A stretch of DNA of 64,000 bases from Takakia lepidozioides (Eukaryota; Plantae; Bryophyta). The notes beneath the pieces were generated by a model. It was given only the letters and a program-made list of their open reading frames with translations, was not told where the DNA came from and ran no database searches. The position numbers were made by a program, and so were the translations under genes. Shown here one piece after another: positions 1 through 12,443 of this stretch. The stretch spans positions 58,094,001 through 58,158,000 of the forward strand of contig CM060733.1 in assembly GCA_030704615.1 (NCBI GenBank), read 5' to 3'. Position 1 is the stretch's first letter, and each line of letters opens with the position of its first letter.

Positions 1-478
1 CAGAAGAGCAGAGTTCTGTATGTTTTGGTGGACTGAGCTAGTGTTGTTTCTCTTCTGGCCATTTTCCTTGCTGGAATGTAGCATATTGAGTATCTGGCTC
101 TTCTTTAATTGCTTACATGGCAGGAAGAAGATGGATTTATCAACAACTTGATCAACTTTTAGGCCAGCAGAAAGGCAATTCCTGAAATAATTTTTGTTGC
201 CAGACAGAAATAGCACTCTATTACCGAATCCATCCAGGATTTGAAGTCATTTTTCGTCTGGGACTTCCCCGTATTGCTACACACCATTTGGAACTCATTT
301 GTGTCAATCTGACAATCTCATATAAGATGATCAGTACATCTGTTTTGATTCTACAAGTGAAACCGGTGAAGACTAGAAAGGAAGTAAGGTCAACTTCCAC
401 ATGTTTTCAGATTCTCTGTATATTTTCTTTTAACCAAAGTCTTTTGGAAGTCTCATCTTTGGGGGCTGGGGAATGCAG

Positions 479-3400
479 ACATAGAGCAATAAATGCATGT
501 CTGGCACCCCTGTATTCAGTGGAAGGTATGCATGTGGTAACAGTGGAGGGTATCGGAAATCGCCGTCGTGGTTTGCACCATGTGCAGGTGTGCATCTCTT
601 TTTCTCCCCCCCCGCTCATCAAGACAATATTTCCCTCTTTTCTCCTCCTCACAGATTTTTCTAGGTGAGGGCCCCACATCCTCTTGTTGTCCTGCTTTCT
701 TTGGTCCTTAAGCTCTTTGAGCTTTCCATGGATGTTACAATATTAATAAATTTTATCCGGATCCTGATGTAGCTTCTACTCAGTTTTTCTAGCTGATGAA
801 GGGATAATTACCAGTGCAATGGGACTCAAATGGAGTGTGGATGCAGGAAGCACTGGCCAATGCCCACGGCTCTCAGTGTGGTTTCTGCACACCTGGTTTT
901 GTGATGTCAATGTACACGCTGTTGCGGAGTACAAAGAAGCCACCAACTCAGCAAGAGATTGAGGAAAGCTTGGCAGGGAATCTATGCCGATGCACTGGCT
1001 ACCGCCCAATTCTGGATGCGTTTCGTGTTTTTGCTAAGACAGAATCTTCCCTCTATAGTAATGATTCAATCACTGCAACTGGCGCTGCCTCCTTACAAAA
1101 GGCTGCTAGAAATGGTTTTCATGCAAACGGTTCCGTCATCTGCCCCTCAACAGGCAAGCCCTGTGATTGTGGGAAATCTGCAGGACAAGGATTAAAATAT
1201 GGCTACCAGGAGCATCTGGGTTCAGAACAAAAGCAAGGAGGGAATGTCACGGAAAGCCTCATTCTTCAGAGGACTGGGAAGGACAATGTTGCAAGCACAT
1301 GGACAGAGCCTATTTTCCCTCCAGAGTTGGTCTCCAGAAAGGTTCGGTCACTGTTTCTTAGAGGCGCGCAGGGGTTAACGTGGTACCGCCCAACCACATT
1401 GGATGAACTTTTGGACTTAAAGTTGCGGTTCCCTGACGCAAAGCTGGTGGGAGGGAACACCGAAGTGGGGATTGAAACTCGGTTTAAGAACTTACATTAC
1501 CCAGTTCTTATTGCTGTGACGCATGTACCAGAGCTTCTTGTAACACAAGTAAGACTGTTTCTCCTAGTTTCATTATAATTTCACTGTCTATCTTGAGGGG
1601 AACCATAGCATCCAGATCATGAATATTGTGTCCATGCAATGGATGTGAAAAAGGCACAGGCTTTGAGAAAGGCATGAAAGTCATGAAAAAGAAGAAAGTC
1701 ATGAAAAAGGCACAGGCTTTGAGAAATCTTAATCTCTTTATTCGTTCTTAAAAGAGATTCAAAACCATCTGATACATGGTTTTCTGCAGTAATGATGGCA
1801 CTACAATTCTATGCAGGTGAGGGATGATGGTGTGGAGGTTGGGGCATCTATTTCCTTGGCCAAGCTACTAGAGGTGCTGAAAGCGAGTGTGGGATTGCGA
1901 AAGGGCCATGAGACTTCAGGCTGCCGAGCATTCATCGAGCAGATACGATGGTTTGCTGGGGCTCAGATAAGAAATGTGGCTTGTGTGGGCGGGAATATAT
2001 GCACGGCTAGTCCTATCTCTGACTTGAACCCCCTATGGATTGCGGCTGGAGCAATTTTTACGGTGGTTGCCCATGGAGGAGCTGCTCGCTCTCTTGAGGC
2101 CAAGAACTTTTTCATTGGCTACCGCAAGGTAGACCTTCATAAGGGTGAGATTTTGACTTCAATATTCCTGCCATGGACAAAACAATTTGAATATGTGAAG
2201 GAATTCAAGCAGGCACACCGCCGAGATGATGATATTGCTTTGGTCAATGCGGGTTTGCGAGTTGCTCTCCATGAGAGAAATGGGTCTTGGATTGTAAATG
2301 AAGCCTCTCTGGTGTATGGTGGGGTGGCTGCCAAGGTCATCTCTGCAACCAAGACACAGGAAATTCTGAGAGGGAAGCCCTGGGACCAGCAGACTCTTGA
2401 TTTGGCCCTTTCTCATTTACAGGGAGAAATCGTTATTACAGATAATGCTCCAGGTGGTATGGTTGAGTTTCGCCGTTCACTTATCGCAAGCTTTTTCTTC
2501 AAGTTTTTTTTGTATACGACATACAGACTGGAAACTGAAGCCAACTTTCTCCATAGTTTACCTGAGAGCTACAGGTCAGCAGTGGCCCCATATGAGAGGG
2601 AGCCCTCGCAAGGAATTCAAATATTTCAGACACTGCCCAATGGCACTGCTGTGGGTCTACCTCTTCAACACCAATCTGCAAACCTCCAGGTGTGTGTGAA
2701 AGTTTCTAGCCTTAGCCATTGCTGATAGAAAGTACTGTCTCAGTCTAAAAGTAATGGGCTCTTACAAGTCTGGTAATTGGAATGAGTAAAATCTTAATCC
2801 CTTTATATTTACATTGTTGCAGTTAAAAAGCTCATAGTTGCATCTTGGGATGGGGCAATCAGTCTGCCCCTTGAGGTGTGCACTGTTTCCCACCAATCGA
2901 GGCTTTTATTGATTGTGTTTGTGTGTTGGGGTTGTGCTCCTTGGAGAGCAGTGACATCGTCCCAGTTGCGTTTACAGATGGTGTGTAAACTTTATGTCTC
3001 CTGCTGAATAAACTCATCAAGAAAGAGTGAGGATGAGACGACCTGAGAACTGCGCCTTGGTCATGATATAGGTGAAGTCTGCTGTCCAATTCCTGGGCAT
3101 AAAATACCTTCCGGGACTGTGTACATCCTAAAGAGTTGTCTTTCTTGATCTGTGCTATTTGCCAGAGAGAACAGAAGTTCTTCCATGTGGTGGACTGGTT
3201 TGCTTTCCTCCGGTTTTGGCCTCTCCTTTCCTAGCTGTGACAAAGAGCTTCTCAGGTTTCAGCCGCATATTGTAGGCCAACTTGGAAAGCACCAGTGAGC
3301 CGTAATGCTTTTATTACAGAAACCTTGTGACTAACCAAGAAGGGATCATATAAGAGATCCGCTTCGTCAACAAGGAGGGTTGGGTTCCAGAATGCTATGA

Positions 3401-6400
3401 CTATGCTGAGTCCTCTTTTGATATTAGGGTGTTACTTCCCATGAAAGAAAGTGCCCTAAGGATGTTCCTCATCTTTACCAAGCAGTTTTCCGCTGGGTCA
3501 ACAGCAGCTGGCAAAGGACTATCTGATGCAGTAGAAGAGCCATTAATGCTCTTCAATGATTGTCAAGTGCCTGTTCCAGTGCCTAAGTGGCTGGCTGATG
3601 AAGCTGAAATGTTCTTTGTTTTCAGTTGTCTCTTTGGCCACCTTTTGATGTCACAGTTTTTCCCCTTCATTTCTTTCTGTGTCTCTCCCTTCTGTTAGAG
3701 TAGATGATCGTATCAGGAGAAAATATAGTGAGTTAGGATGCTTATGACCAATTCGCTCCAACCAAGCAATCCAAACAGTAAGGAGCGACATGGGTGACTA
3801 TCATCAAAGAGATGGGCTGGGATGTACGTAGATGGGGACACAGAGATGACAGAGAGTCAACTACTACTTTGGACAAATGGTATAGGATAAGAATGAGAAG
3901 GTAGGATGGATGATGGATGCTAAGAGTGTTTTGGAAATGGGATGCAGGTGACTGGGGAGGCAGAGTATGTGGATGACATAGCAATGCCCCACCATGGCCT
4001 ACATGCTGGTTTGGTCCTGAGCACCCGCCCCCATGCACGCATCGTGTCCATAGATTCTACGGAGGCAGAGAAACATCTGGGCTTTGAAGGTTTCTTCACA
4101 GCGAAGGATATTCCGGGGGCCAACGATGCGGGAGCTGTGGTACATGATGAAGAGATCTTTGCAACAAGATTCGTCACCTGTGTTGGTCAGGTGAGGTAGA
4201 TCAGGTGGTGAGAATAGGCGATCTACATGAATGCATTTGAGTTGCTACTCAGATTCTTGTAACTCTTGTCATTGATGAGTTCTGGCCTACAAGTTCATTA
4301 ACTTCAAGGTTCTGTCATCAAGTCAAGCCAAATTATCTAGCCTATCTCAACACAAATGGAAGGAATTCTTGATGAGCACTGACAACCGATTGTTCCTACA
4401 ACAGGTTATGGGCATCGTGGTGGCGGATACACATGAAAATGCAAAAGCAGCTGCTGAAAAAGTTAAATTGGAATATGAAGATTTACCAGCAATTTTGGAC
4501 ATGAAAGAGGCAATGGCTGCTGGTAGCTTCCACCCGGGCACAGAGCGGCATTTGGAAATGGGCAATGTGGACAATTTCTTTGCCACCTCAGCAGGCATCC
4601 AGGTCGTGGAGGGTGAGGTGCGCATGGGGGGACAGGAACACTTCTACTTGGAGCCCAACAGTTCACTAGTGTGGACAACTGATGCTGGAAATGAAGTTCA
4701 CTGCGTTTCTTCCACTCAGGTCCATCTATTTTGTCTATCTGGGTGCCCTACTGAATTTCTGCAAAGGATCCGGGGATACAAGTATATTGAATGGTACAAG
4801 TGCCACTTCTGGAGACCAGATTCTAAGAAGTAAAGCCAGATTCACTAGATGTTGTCTTTTGATACCACTGTAATAATGCTGGAGGCTAGCCACTTCCTAC
4901 TGCCATGGTGTTCAATATGCATAGTATGGGGAAGTAGCAAAACCCCCATGTCAAATAACAATTCTGAGTTTCCTGGACCCATTCCTGCAATCTACATCAT
5001 AGTGTAATTACAATCAGATCGGGCCTAATTTGCTGCCCATTTGCTTATATGTACTGGCCAGATTTGTGACTGACCACCAACGTTCGTGAAAAGTAGCATG
5101 GGTGCTTGTCAGGATCCAACCTGGCATGGAAGTTCCCACAAGGATGTTGAAATGTCATCACTTCGACAATGTTAAACCATGATATGTATTCTGTTGTCAT
5201 GATCCACATTTGCATTAAGGGACATCGTTGAATCTCTGCAATCTATGGTACTATCTTTGTAGAGATTTGTGTGTCATGTTCTAGTGTGTATTTCGGCAGG
5301 TGTATCCAACAAAGAGGATCACTCAAAAGTTTGATAGTGGTTTTATGGTTGTGCAAGGTATTGCTGTTGAGATGTCGTCAACCTTTTGAAGCTTCCTCTC
5401 CAACATCCAAATAGTTAGACCATGTGTTTCCGTCTATTCAATTAGGTCTAGTGGAAGTAAATGACAGAGAAGACAAGAAAGAAAGAAAGAAAGAAAGAAA
5501 GAAAAAAACTTTATCTTATCCACCTAGAGCACTCTTTGCAATGACCATTATGTGAACTCTGCAGACCCCAGAGAAGCATCAGCGGTATGTTGCCCATGTT
5601 CTGGGCATCCCAATGAAACAAGTGGTGTGTAAGGTCAAGCGCATCGGAGCGCGGTTTGGGGGCAAGGAGACTCGATCTGCTTCCTTAAATGCTGCAGCTG
5701 CTGTGCCAGCCTACTTGTTGCAGAGACCTGTGCGACTTACTTTGGACAGAGACACTGAGATGGTTGTAACTGGTAAAAGGCAATGCCCTTTTGGGTAAAT
5801 ACAAGGTGAGTTATTTTGTACTGGTGTTCGGTACACAATTTTCTGTGTTAAGGCATGACTTATGTGATGATTGCAAATCTACATACGCGGGACGTTGGTT
5901 TCAATGCGATTGTGGCCCAAGGGCCTTTGGCAGTGAACCTTGCTTTGATTTTTTCTCACTTTCCTCCTCTACGAGAAATTATCTGGTCTGAATGGCTGTC
6001 AAAGGCTTCAACTCTAATTTCATTTTTTCCATCAATACACATTCAAGTACACAGACTTATGATCTGTTATGATCTGTTTATGTTGAAGGTGGGGTTCACA
6101 AAAGAAGGAAAGATTCTGGCTTTAGATTTAGAGATCTACAACAATGGTGGGAACTATTTGGATCTATCCCATTCAGTGCTGGAGAGGGCAATGTTTCACT
6201 CAGACAATGTATATGTAATCCCACACATTCGAGGTCGAGGAAAGGTGTGCTTCACCAATACGGCTAGCAATACTGCTTGCGGGCTTTGGCGGACCCCAGG
6301 GAATGCTGATAGTCGAGAACTGGATTGAGCACATTGCGTGTGCAGTTGGATGTCATCCTGAAGCGATTCGGGTGGGTACTCTTAACTCATTATCATGCAC

Positions 6401-8820
6401 TCTGTATTCCTGTTATTAACACCATATAGTTTCGCGCCTACAAGAAACATTGGTCAGTGAGATGTCTTCCTCTTTGTTTACCGTCCTGTTTATATTATCT
6501 TCTTAAAAGGGACTGAGCAAAACCTCTCTTTCCTCGTAGGAACTCAATTTCCAGAACGAGGGGTACAAACTGCACTATGGGCAGCGGATGGAGCATTGCC
6601 AGCTACACAGAGTGTGGGATGAGTTGAAGGTCTCATGTGAATTAGACACGCGGCGCACTGATGTGGAGGCCTTCAATTTACAGCACCGATGGAAGAAACG
6701 GGGTGTGGCCATGGTGCCCACAAAATTTGGCATTTCATTCAACCACTAAGTTCCTCAATCAGGTCCTTGGCAACCATGCCCTTTCAGGTTTATAGGGTGT
6801 ATGTGCTATATACAGGTATCTAGGTGACATATCAAGGGCTTTTGGTATAGAGTCTTCTTGTATCTAGTATGTTCTGGCATATCAAGGTGTCTATGTAGTG
6901 GAAAATAATCGCTAGATTTTTGGGATTGAACAATGAAGGCGGGAGCGTTAGTTGCAAGATACATGATGGCACAGTGCTGGTTACACATGGAGGCGGGGAG
7001 ATGGGGCAGGGACTTCACAAAAAAAAATGGCACCAAATGCCAGCATCTGCTTTAGGCATCCCACCTAGTGCGGTTTTCATTTCTGAAACCAGTAAAGATA
7101 AGGTCCAACTTCCTTTCTTCCTCCCATGTGAGGTGATTGAGTTCCTCTGCATCCCCCTTTCCTGTTTCTCACATGTCAATGAAGTCAAATGGCAAGTAGC
7201 CCTTTCAAAGTGGACCTACCGATCTCAGGAGCTTTAGATATTATGATGGTACATACCACCAAAAAATACAAACGTAGGATCTTATGTTTCTTGTGGGAGG
7301 ATCAGTTTCTGATTTTTTTTGGGGAAACATGGCCCCTCCAAGACAACTGCAGGCAGTAGTGTAAAGCCACATTCACTGGTCTATTTCCACAGGTAGCCAA
7401 TGCTTCGCCAACAGCTGCCTCAGCAAGTTCAGACATGTATGGAGGGGCCGTGGGATGCTTGCCAGAAAATAAAGGCTCGCATGATGAAACCTGTAGATGA
7501 TAAGAGAAATTTATCCTCACTTGCTGAGGTAATATTCGTCCTGACAAATACAATGATAAACACAGGAGGTCCACCCCCAGTGCCCAACCCCCACCTTTAG
7601 GCGCCTTTCCTCTGTAACCATGTGGAACACTTCATTTTATACGGATTTGATATTTAGTGGAAACAGAGGAAATGTGTGAGTATCCTGTGCTTTTCTGTTC
7701 CTTGAGGTCTTCTCTGATCCACAAATACCTGTATATTGAACAGCATGCCAAAGGCACAATGGTTCAGTAGTATAGCATAGGGGGAAGAGTTGATAGGCCA
7801 TTTATGTCCTTCTTCATTAATTATTTTTTCTGTTCCTTGAGGTCTTCTCATGATCTCACAAATACCTGTATATTGAACAGTCATGCAAAGGCACAATGGT
7901 TCAGTAGTATATGCATAGGGGGAAGCCTTGATAGGCCATTCATGTCATTCTTCATTTCATTTCTTTTGCTGTCTACTAATATTGTTTCATTGGGAGGAAA
8001 AGAGGAAACATTCTTTTCCCCTTTCTCTCACTATTCTTGCTGGCCCTTGACATTCAGCTAGCAAACGCCTGCTACATGGGAGCGCATCGATCTTTCAGCA
8101 CATGGATTTTACATACTCCTGATATTGGATTTGACTGGAAAACTGGAGAGGGTCAACCCTTTGCCTATTTCACTTATGGGGCCTGCATTTTCTGAGGTTG
8201 CAACTGCGACAGTTTGACAGGGGACTTCCACATACGACGCGTGCGATATGTTATGGATTTGGGAAACTCTTTGAATCAGCAATCGATATTGGCCAGGTAT
8301 CTCAGCCTTTTAGAGAAGAACTCTTACCAAAGTATTGTGCCCCTGGGTAAAACCAGGTCATCTTTTCACACAGGGTCCTGGCACCTACAAGCTCCCAACT
8401 GTCAATGACATCCCGATTCAGTTTCACGTTTCGCTGCTCAAGGTTTGTACCTTAAGTGTTGTAGCTGCCTGTGTACAACAAAGAATCTATGGTTTGTCTT
8501 CCAAAAAGTTTCAGCAAGTTTTCAGGCAGGACAGGGAGTAGATGACGCAACAAAGTTAACAGATTTTCACCTATTGCAGGATGCCCCAAATGCAAGGGCG
8601 GTCTATTCGTCAAAGGCAGTGGGAGAACCTCCTTTGTTTTTGGCATCGGCAACATTTTTTGCCATAAAAGATGCTATTGCAGCTGCTCGGCGAGAGAGGG
8701 CACAATGGCTGGTTTGAGTTGGATGTCCCTGCGACACCTGAGCGCATACGCATGGCTTGTGCTGATGAGTTCACACTGCCATTTGCCACCCCTGATCTTC
8801 GGCCTAAATTGAGTGTATAA
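479..8820 (+). CDS. XDH: Xanthine dehydrogenase (molybdo-flavoenzyme), multi-exon; 5' end lies upstream of the window; exons from 5565 onward carry many frameshifts
   Basis: Clean GT-AG exons 479-587, 847-1548, 1817-2689, 3948-4190 and 4405-4719 encode the Fe-S motifs ([23 protein letters not shown]), the FAD domain ([11 protein letters not shown]) and the Moco domain (GGQEHFYLE). Later exons give [23 protein letters not shown] and [13 protein letters not shown], ending RPKLSV-TAA at 8820. Confidence 0.93.
5476..5503. repeat. (GAAA)n microsatellite in XDH intron
   Basis: Direct run of gaaa units. Confidence 0.9.
7691..7957. repeat. Tandem duplication (~135 bp x2) in XDH intron
   Basis: ttttctgttccttgaggtcttctc...acaaatacctgtatattgaacag...aaggcacaatggttcagtagtat...tgataggccatt occurs twice in tandem. 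Confidence 0.9.
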
Positions 8821-11187
8821 CGAATCATCAGCAGGATTCTTCTGCACTGGTTTGGGGAAGGAAGGAGTGTGGGCTTGTCATGCACATCAGTCAAATCGAA
8901 GACACAGTAATAACACATCCATATGGGGCCTAACGTGATTATCTGTGTAACGTGGTGAGGAGATCAGCTCAGTTTGTAGATTGTCCTCAGGTTGTTTGTC
9001 TGGGTTGCAGTCTGAATCACTTCCACATCTATTGCTAGAACAGGGAGGATGCTTGTACAGATTTGAAACTAGTAAGTAGGTGCAGCTAAAAGCCCCACTT
9101 TGTTATAAGCAGCATTCATAAGGCAGCCTGACAGCTGATGTGCTATACATATATGAAGGTTAGACTCTTAGTACAATGAATAAATGACCCCAGCCATCCA
9201 CAAATGACCCCAGCCATTCCACAAATTTTTACTAGAAAAATGTTCTGGTGGTCAACTATCTAGTTTGTTGTATAATGTTTTGAGATTTTGCTTGCCACTT
9301 TGTGGTGATCTGTACTGAGCACTGTTAACCTGCCTGAAGGGACACTGGCCTGTGGCTTTGAATGGGTTCAAGACATTACCATAGTCTTCATAATACGTCG
9401 GTCAATCTCTACATCCTACTCATCTACCTGCAAGAGAGGTGAAGTTCTAGAGCTTCTCAGTAAGTGTACTCCTGACATAATGTCTAAACCGATGTCATTC
9501 TCTGGTATATGTCCAAATTATGTCATGCAAACTACTTCCTGCAATGATAGATTGGTTGAAACACCTGTTCTATCTGTCACAATCTTGTAAAGAGTGTGAT
9601 ATGCAGAAATTCCCATTATTTCATAAGTTAGCCTGTGTTTCCAAGAGTAAGAGTTGTGGCTGAATCACAACAACAGATATTAATGATAGGAAATTCAGCC
9701 TCATAAATGAGTTTCATTGATGATCCTCAACAAACCAAAACACTTTTGTGTGGTTCTTCTCAAGCCTTCCCTGGGTGGAGAATATTTATCAAACTTCATC
9801 TAGCTAGAGATTGTCCACTGGAACTTGAAGAGATAACCAAGACATCTTAGTTAAAAGCAGTATGCTCAGATCAATGGTTGTGACTATTGAGGCTTGTCCG
9901 ATCTATTTGAGGTTTCTATTCATTTAAAGATGGTTCAAGTTCCAATTTACATTTTTAAAGGGCTGCTTGCAGGCAGTTCAAGCAAAGAAGAAGCCAAGTA
10001 GTGCACAGCCTTTGCCTCCTTTAGGCATCCCACGTGAGCACCGCCCGTCAAACTATATATACCCTGGTTACCCTATATACAGACCACACAAACATTTATC
10101 CAAGTCCATCAGTAATAACTAGTGGATAAAAAACATATTCCATGGAGCTAGATCTCATTGTTTATGTAGGATTGGAGACATCAAGAAGCATGTTGGGCCT
10201 CTTCTCTGAAACTAAGGACTGTTGAAAGCTATCCTTCGCACCATACCTAACCAGTAAGTGTAACTGAAATCCTACACCATCTTCTTCATAAGAGTCTGCT
10301 AATATTCAGGTACTTGCTAATCTCTTCTACCCTTTTCCACCAGGACTTAGCCTGTTTAACAGGACAGTCTTGCATCCAAACGATGACAAATATGGCTTTT
10401 GGCAAATTTCAAGTGATTGTAGAGCAAGCGACATACCCACCTACCAAAAATGTGACACCAAGGAGAAGGAAACTGCTGAAGAACCGAGAGATTTTGCAAT
10501 TGAAATCCTTTCAACCGAGTAGGCCCAGGGTACATATTCAAGCAGCACAGTGTGCAACCAGTGTTGTAGACTGACTGATTTATGCAGAGCACTATTAAAA
10601 ACGTTGCACATGGGGCCTAAAAAGAGAAGCTAAAATGTCTCGTGATCTTCATCTTATCACTTCTTGTGACACTAGAGGTGATGGATGGTTTGGCTCTCGG
10701 AATGGAAACCTAGGTTTCTTCAACTTCAGGAACTTTGTGTACCCTCGTTACACGGAAAAGAGGAAACAATAGCCATCCCCTTCGCTCTTTTCGGAGGCGG
10801 ACAAGGGGAGGCGGACAACCATGACCTCGATCTTCCCCTCCGAGATGGCAATTTCATCAATGATTCTCACAGTGCAACCTGTGAGGTTACCCTTAGCAGC
10901 ATACCAAGGTCTTCACACATCCAAGCAACGAAATGCAAGGCACATGGTGGTGCACAGAAACAAGGGTGCTTACTTAATCTCAGCATCATCTGGAAAACAT
11001 ATCAAAACACACACCTTGATGATCATGTTGATCATTGAAATACAAAGCCCAGAGAAGTGTGTTAAAATATGCATTAAATTGACTTAGAGCCTAAAATCTG
11101 CCTTTCCGGCGTCAAAATTTTGAAGGCGTTTATTCAAACCCCCTGCCCCACGAAGAAATTTGTGCATCCAACACTTAGATGCCATGT

Positions 11188-12443
11188 CTATGTATTAGTG
11201 GCTCGGGTGTATATCTGCTGGTTTGAGTGGGCTGCAACCAGTCGAATAGTTCCGCGTGACATCAACTCCTTGATTGCATTCCTTGCCAAAGAACCAGTAA
11301 TCTGCATGATTGAGGGAACCACTGACATTTATTAACAATCACAAGACCTATCCTTTTAGAAAAACAAATTCATTACACAGCAATTACCAGCAGACTGATG
11401 GCAAGTGGATTTGTGCCTTAAGGCACCAAGGTGCATCATATATAACTGGCCACTACCATGCTTTGCCCCTAGTTCTGTGTGAATAAGAGAGACAGGGAAG
11501 AGGGCCACTCATGAGAGTATGGCTTAATCCAAGAACCCACACCAGTTTGACCAGCAGAGAAAGGGAGAGAGAGATGTGTCTGCAGGACTGTTCCAGTGAA
11601 GATTGGCTGCAACATACCATTTAGGGCATGGCCCACCCAGGATACTAACCCTCTGAGTTGGTATAGATCCACCAGGGAAGGAAAGTCGCCCAAAATTGCC
11701 AAAAAGAACAAGAGACAAACGAAAGAGTAAGCCAAAATGCCGGAAAAGAGTACCCTGAGGCGATCAGACAAGACTGATGGAGTAATGAGCTTGTATTTGG
11801 GCACTTCTGAGAGAAGCTTGTCATAGGTGGCCTGATCAAACAGCACCATGTTGTTCACCTTCTCCTTTTGCTTTCCCTTGCTCCATTTCTGCACTCATAC
11901 TCGAAAATAAGTACGATATGTGACACAGACTCAATTTCAATATCTAGGGGAGAAATATATCACCCGGCTGCTCTCCTATTGAAGGTAGCATCGATGCAAA
12001 AGAAACAACCCAAATGAAAAACCCACCTTCTTTTTCTGCTTGCCGCCACCTCCGCTCTTGGCAGGCTTGGAAGGGGGAGGCGCCTTCTCCTTCTTAGGAG
12101 CCTGTAAGGCACAACCACATGCCTAGGCTCAGAACATACAAGACGATACAAGACGCAGCTTGCGGTGTGGAACAATCGAGATAAACAAGTGGGGGTGGCC
12201 TTTCCATGACTTACAAACAGGGGATCTCCGATAAGTTCCAGACAACAAACAGAGCTTTACAAACAATTCATAGAATCATTTGCCAAAGAGTAAATGCAAT
12301 GAGCCTAGCTCATCAATCCACCCTAAAGAAACAAGCAAACAAAAAAGAAACTTCAACCCCTCGAAGCAAGTCCTCCCCCAGTAGATCACTCAAAAGGGAC
12401 CTCAAACTAGCCAGGCTACATGAACAAAGAGGGCACCCACCAT
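11188..12443 (-). CDS. RPS25: 40S ribosomal protein S25 (eS25), 4 exons, 108 aa
   Basis: Exons 12441-12443 (ATG only), 12027-12101 ([25 protein letters not shown]), 11754-11888 ([45 protein letters not shown]) and 11188-11301 ([14 protein letters not shown]...QIYTRATNT-stop). All introns are GT-AG and the 327 nt are in frame. Confidence 0.96.

Noticed and set aside
8953-9030. tRNA-like A-box (cagctcagtttgtaga)
   Set aside because: No B-box or T-arm, acceptor stem or cloverleaf can be built.
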